From: Escherichia coli
GTDB taxonomy: Bacteria; Pseudomonadota; Gammaproteobacteria; Enterobacterales; Enterobacteriaceae
Length of the DNA: 1,818 nt
Strand: one strand, 5' to 3'
Assembly: GCF_003334385.1 (NCBI RefSeq)
Contig: NZ_QOWN01000108.1
In this document: in pieces, positions 1-1,818 of the stretch
Numbering within the stretch: the stretch's first letter is position 1
How the letters are laid out: every line of letters starts with the position of its first letter
Position numbers and translations under genes: made by a program
Notes under the pieces: model-generated
The model's database searches: none
The model's input: the letters and a program-made list of their open reading frames with translations, nothing else
What the model was told of the DNA's origin: nothing

Positions 1-632
1 GCCTGCCGGGGCAGCAGTATGATGAGGAGTCCGGCCTGTATTACAACCGCCACCGCTATTATGACCCGCTGCAGGGGAGGTATATCACTCAGGATCCGAT
101 TGGGCTGAAGGGGGGATGGAATTTTTATCAGTATCCGCTGAATCCGGTTCAGTATATAGATTCAATGGGACTGGCATCAAAATATGGACACTTAAATAAT
201 GGCGGATATGGAGCGAGACCCAACAAACCGCCTACGCCCGATCCAAGTAAATTGCCGGACATAGCGAAACAATTAAGACTGCCATATCCTATTGACCAGG
301 CCAGTAGTGCGCCTAATGTTTTCAAAACATTCTTCAGAGCATTAAGCCCTTACGACTACACACTGTATTGCAGGAAGTGGGTAAAACCAAATCTGACTTG
401 TACGCCACAGGATGATTCCCAGTATCCAGGGATGGATACAAAGACAGCAAGTGATTACCTGCCACAGACAAATTGGCCAACAACTCAATTACCACCAGGA
501 TATACTTGTGCAGAACCCTATTTATTCCCAGACATTAATAAACCCGATGGGCCAGCAACAGCAGGGATAGATGATTTGGGTGAAATTTTAGCTAAGATGA
601 AACAGAGAACATCGAGAGGAATAAGAAAATGA
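1..632 (+). CDS. Rhs-family polymorphic toxin, 3' end (5'-partial; codons in phase from position 3): conserved Rhs core terminus plus variable C-terminal toxin (CT) domain; stop TGA 630-632
   Basis: The frame is open from the window start to 632. Translation begins [57 protein letters not shown], which matches the conserved terminal block of the RHS repeat-associated core domain (E. coli RhsA-type cores end ...[30 protein letters not shown]...NP....DPLGL). The ATG at 165 given by the ORF track is internal (Met inside the demarcation motif), not the true start. Whether this is a full-length rhs or an orphan fragment (possibly ybfO/rhsO of E. coli K-12) cannot be decided from the window. Confidence 0.9.
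54..173 (+). other. Rhs core C-terminal signature block, ending in the core/CT demarcation motif [10 protein letters not shown] (144-173), a variant of the canonical PxxxxDPxGL
   Basis: Direct translation: [40 protein letters not shown]. Established knowledge: in Rhs/YD-repeat toxins the PxxxxDPxGL motif marks the end of the conserved core and the start of the variable toxin domain. Confidence 0.85.
174..629 (+). other. Variable C-terminal toxin (CT) domain of the Rhs protein, about 152 aa, activity unknown
   Basis: Sequence after DSMGL: [42 protein letters not shown]...[22 protein letters not shown]. It is proline-rich, has 3 Cys, and shows no HNH, HxxD, deaminase or other catalytic motif I can recognise by eye. 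Hand-counted GC is about 42% in 241-300, against about 59% in 1-120. Confidence 0.7.
614..619 (+). promoter_or_regulatory. Ribosome-binding site for the immunity gene, located inside the 3' end of the toxin ORF
   Basis: AGAGGA at 614-619, 9 nt before ATG 629. Confidence 0.6.
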
Positions 633-685
633 AAAGAGTTTTGTTCTTTTTGCTGATGATATTTGTTAGTTTTGGTGTTATAGCT
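629..685 (+). other. Predicted Sec signal peptide (19 aa) of the immunity protein; alternatively an uncleaved N-terminal membrane anchor
   Basis: [19 protein letters not shown] followed by DCEIQA. There is no lipobox (no L-x-[GAS]-C; an Asp separates Ala from Cys), so it is not a lipoprotein signal. Confidence 0.55.
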
Positions 686-1198
686 GATTGCGAAATACAA
701 GCTAAAGATCATGATTGTTTTACTATTTTCGCTAAGGGTACTATTTTTTCCGCGTTTCCTGTCTTAAATAATAAAGCCATGTGGAGATGGTATCAGAATG
801 AGGACATCGGTGAGTATTATTGGCAAACAGAACTGGGTACATGTAAAAATAATAAATTCACACCAAGCGGGGCGAGACTCTTAATTCGCGTCGGGTCACT
901 ACGCCTTAATGAAAATCATGCCATCAAAGGAACGTTGCAGGAGTTGATAAATACAGCAGAAAAAACGGCGTTTCTCGGCGATCGGTTTAGAAGTTATATA
1001 AGAGCGGGTATCTATCAAAAAAAGAGCAGTGATCCAGTTCAGTTGTTGGCAGTCCTTGATAATTCAATCATGGTAAAATATTTTAAAGATGAGAAACCAA
1101 CTTATGCTCGAATGACAGCACATCTCCCGAACAAAAATGAGTCTTACGAATGTTTAATAAAGATACAGCATGAACTAATTCGTAGTGAAGAGAAATAA
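629..1198 (+). CDS. ybfC: Putative Rhs immunity protein (RhsI-like), 189 aa, with N-terminal signal-peptide-like segment; uncharacterised
   Basis: ATG at 629 overlaps the toxin stop (ATGA, 629-632). A Shine-Dalgarno-like AGAGGA lies at 614-619, 9 nt upstream of the ATG. The N-terminus [22 protein letters not shown] has a basic n-region, hydrophobic core and V-x-A before the predicted cleavage site. Position immediately 3' of an Rhs CT domain is the canonical immunity-gene location. Hand-counted GC is about 30% in 631-720. The symbol ybfC is a tentative recollection of the E. coli K-12 189-aa YbfC downstream of ybfO and needs BLAST confirmation. Confidence 0.85.
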
Positions 1199-1357
1199 AA
1201 TCTCTTCCTGAGAAAACAAATTAATCATTGTGAAAAATTATATAACTCATGGAATAGGTGTTTATTTTGCGTTCCATTTGCAGGGAAAGATCACGTAACG
1301 CTACTTTTTTGTACTAAATAATTCGAATTTTAAGTTCAACAATTGAGATACTACTTA

Positions 1358-1388
1358 TTGTCTAAAGCTGTTTTTCATAGCTTATACA
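1358..1388 (+). promoter_or_regulatory. Candidate sigma70-like promoter for the H-rpt ORF (speculative)
   Basis: TTGTCT (1358-1363) and TATACA (1383-1388) each match consensus at 4/6, with a long 19-nt spacer, about 36 nt upstream of the ATG. In copy 2 the -35-like hexamer reads TTACCT. This is weak and unverified. Confidence 0.2.
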
Positions 1389-1413
1389 TGATCAAATACT
1401 CCTTACATAAATA

Positions 1414-1418
1414 AGGTG
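1414..1418 (+). promoter_or_regulatory. Ribosome-binding site for the H-rpt fragment ORF
   Basis: AAGGTG, 5 nt upstream of ATG 1424; the same sequence recurs at 1794-1798 before ATG 1804. Confidence 0.55.
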
Positions 1419-1423
1419 AACAA

Positions 1424-1678
1424 ATGGAACTTAAAAAATTGATGGAACATATTTCTATTACACCCGATTACAGACAAGCCTGGAAAGTGGTGCATAAATT
1501 GTCAGATATTCTACTGTTGACTATTTGTGCCGTTATTTCTGGTGCAGAAGGTTGGGAAGATATAGAGGATTTTGGGGAAACACATCTCGATTTTTTGAAG
1601 CAATATGGTGATTTTGAAAATGGTATTCCTGTTCACGATACCATTGCCAGAGTTGTATCCCAGGGAAAGATCACGTAA
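1424..1678 (+). pseudogene. ybfQ: Truncated H-rpt transposase N-terminal fragment (84 aa: 79 native codons plus 5 junction-derived codons QGKIT, then TAA)
   Basis: ORF 1424-1678 with RBS AAGGTG at 1414-1418. The last five codons are read from the leader of the second element copy. The symbol ybfQ is a tentative recollection of the 84-aa H-rpt fragment next to ybfC in E. coli K-12. Confidence 0.75.
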
Positions 1679-1818
1679 CGCTACTTTTTTGTACTAAATA
1701 ATTCGCATTTTATGTTTAAAAATTGAGATATTCCTTATTACCTAAAGCTGTTTTTCATAGCTTATACATGATCAAATACTCCTTACATAAATAAGGTGAA
1801 CAAATGGAACTTAAAAAA
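1661..1818 (+). mobile_element. H-rpt element 5' end, copy 2 (leader plus start codon), continuing beyond the window
   Basis: 1661-1818 aligns base for base with 1281-1438, with 8 mismatches in 158 nt by hand alignment, all between 1326 and 1361. Confidence 0.8.
1661..1818 (+). repeat. Direct repeat, copy B (158 bp, truncated by the window end), partner of 1281-1438
   Basis: Hand alignment at offset 380; the repeat probably extends beyond the window. Confidence 0.9.
1804..1818 (+). CDS. 5' start of a second H-rpt (ISAs1-family) transposase gene, 3'-partial; only MELKK is visible
   Basis: ATGGAACTTAAAAAA is identical to the start of ORF 1424, with the same upstream RBS (AAGGTG at 1794-1798). 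Intactness downstream is unknown. Confidence 0.6.

Larger units (their letters stand above)
1281..1438 (+). repeat. Direct repeat, copy A (158 bp), partner of 1661-1818
   Basis: Hand alignment at offset 380 gives 150/158 identical positions. Confidence 0.9.
1281..1660 (+). mobile_element. H-rpt (H-repeat / ISAs1-family IS-like element) 5' end, copy 1: upstream leader plus first 79 transposase codons, truncated at 1660
   Basis: Encodes [79 protein letters not shown], which I recognise as the N-terminus of E. coli H-repeat-associated (ISAs1-family) transposases such as YhhI/YbfD. Homology ends exactly where the second repeat copy begins (1661). Confidence 0.8.

Noticed and set aside
165-632. 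ATG at 165 as the start of an independent 155-aa gene
   Set aside because: The frame is open back to the window start, and the upstream translation is the conserved Rhs core terminus. Met165 sits inside the demarcation motif (IDSMGL), so the CDS is a 5'-partial Rhs gene, not a stand-alone ORF.
629-700. Lipoprotein signal on the immunity protein
   Set aside because: There is no lipobox. The sequence is V-I-A-D-C, with Asp between the -1 position and Cys, so SPase II processing is not supported. A SPase I signal or membrane anchor is more plausible.
518-712. Minus-strand 64-aa ORF ([24 protein letters not shown]...)
   Set aside because: It lies antisense across the toxin/immunity junction, which is covered by two well-supported plus-strand genes. 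It is low-complexity and AT-driven, with no recognisable RBS or homology, so it is most likely a spurious ORF.
1269-1310. Rho-independent terminator after the immunity gene (GCGTT...AACGC followed by a T6 run)
   Set aside because: The stem is only 5 bp with a loop of about 23 nt, and is not GC-rich enough for a convincing intrinsic terminator. The T-run lies within the H-rpt leader repeat and recurs in copy 2 without the upstream stem arm.
1365-1383. Short inverted repeat AAGCT-N9-AGCTT in the H-rpt leader (also at 1745-1763)
   Set aside because: A 5-bp palindrome with an AT-rich spacer is expected by chance in AT-rich DNA. It could be an operator, but there is insufficient evidence to call it.
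1281-1818. CRISPR array suggested by the repeated 158-bp sequence
   Set aside because: There are only two copies. The repeat is far too long, contains an RBS and start codon, and the intervening 'spacer' is transposase coding sequence. It is an IS-like element duplication, not CRISPR.

Overview
This window holds the 3' end of an Rhs-family polymorphic-toxin gene, its putative immunity gene, and two nested copies of the 5' end of an H-rpt (H-repeat, ISAs1-family transposase) element. The Rhs ORF is 5'-partial: a GC-rich conserved core terminus (1-173, with the ...[30 protein letters not shown]...[11 protein letters not shown] motifs) is followed by an AT-richer variable C-terminal (CT) domain of about 152 aa (174-629) with no catalytic motif I can recognise. 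A 189-aa ORF (629-1198) follows with a 4-nt ATGA overlap; it is very AT-rich, begins with a signal-peptide-like segment, and is positioned as the cognate immunity protein. Downstream, an 84-aa ORF (1424-1678) matches the N-terminus of H-rpt transposase and is cut off exactly at position 1660/1661, where a second copy of the same element's 5' end begins (1661-1818, about 95% identical to 1281-1438) and restarts the transposase ORF at 1804. From memory, the layout and ORF sizes resemble the Escherichia coli K-12 rhsC-associated ybfO-ybfC-ybfQ-ybfL cluster; I cannot verify this without a database search, and if correct the locus is known but functionally uncharacterised rather than new. The most interesting content is the CT toxin/immunity pair of unknown activity, with hints of a periplasmic or envelope target. 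No rRNA, tRNA or CRISPR was seen.
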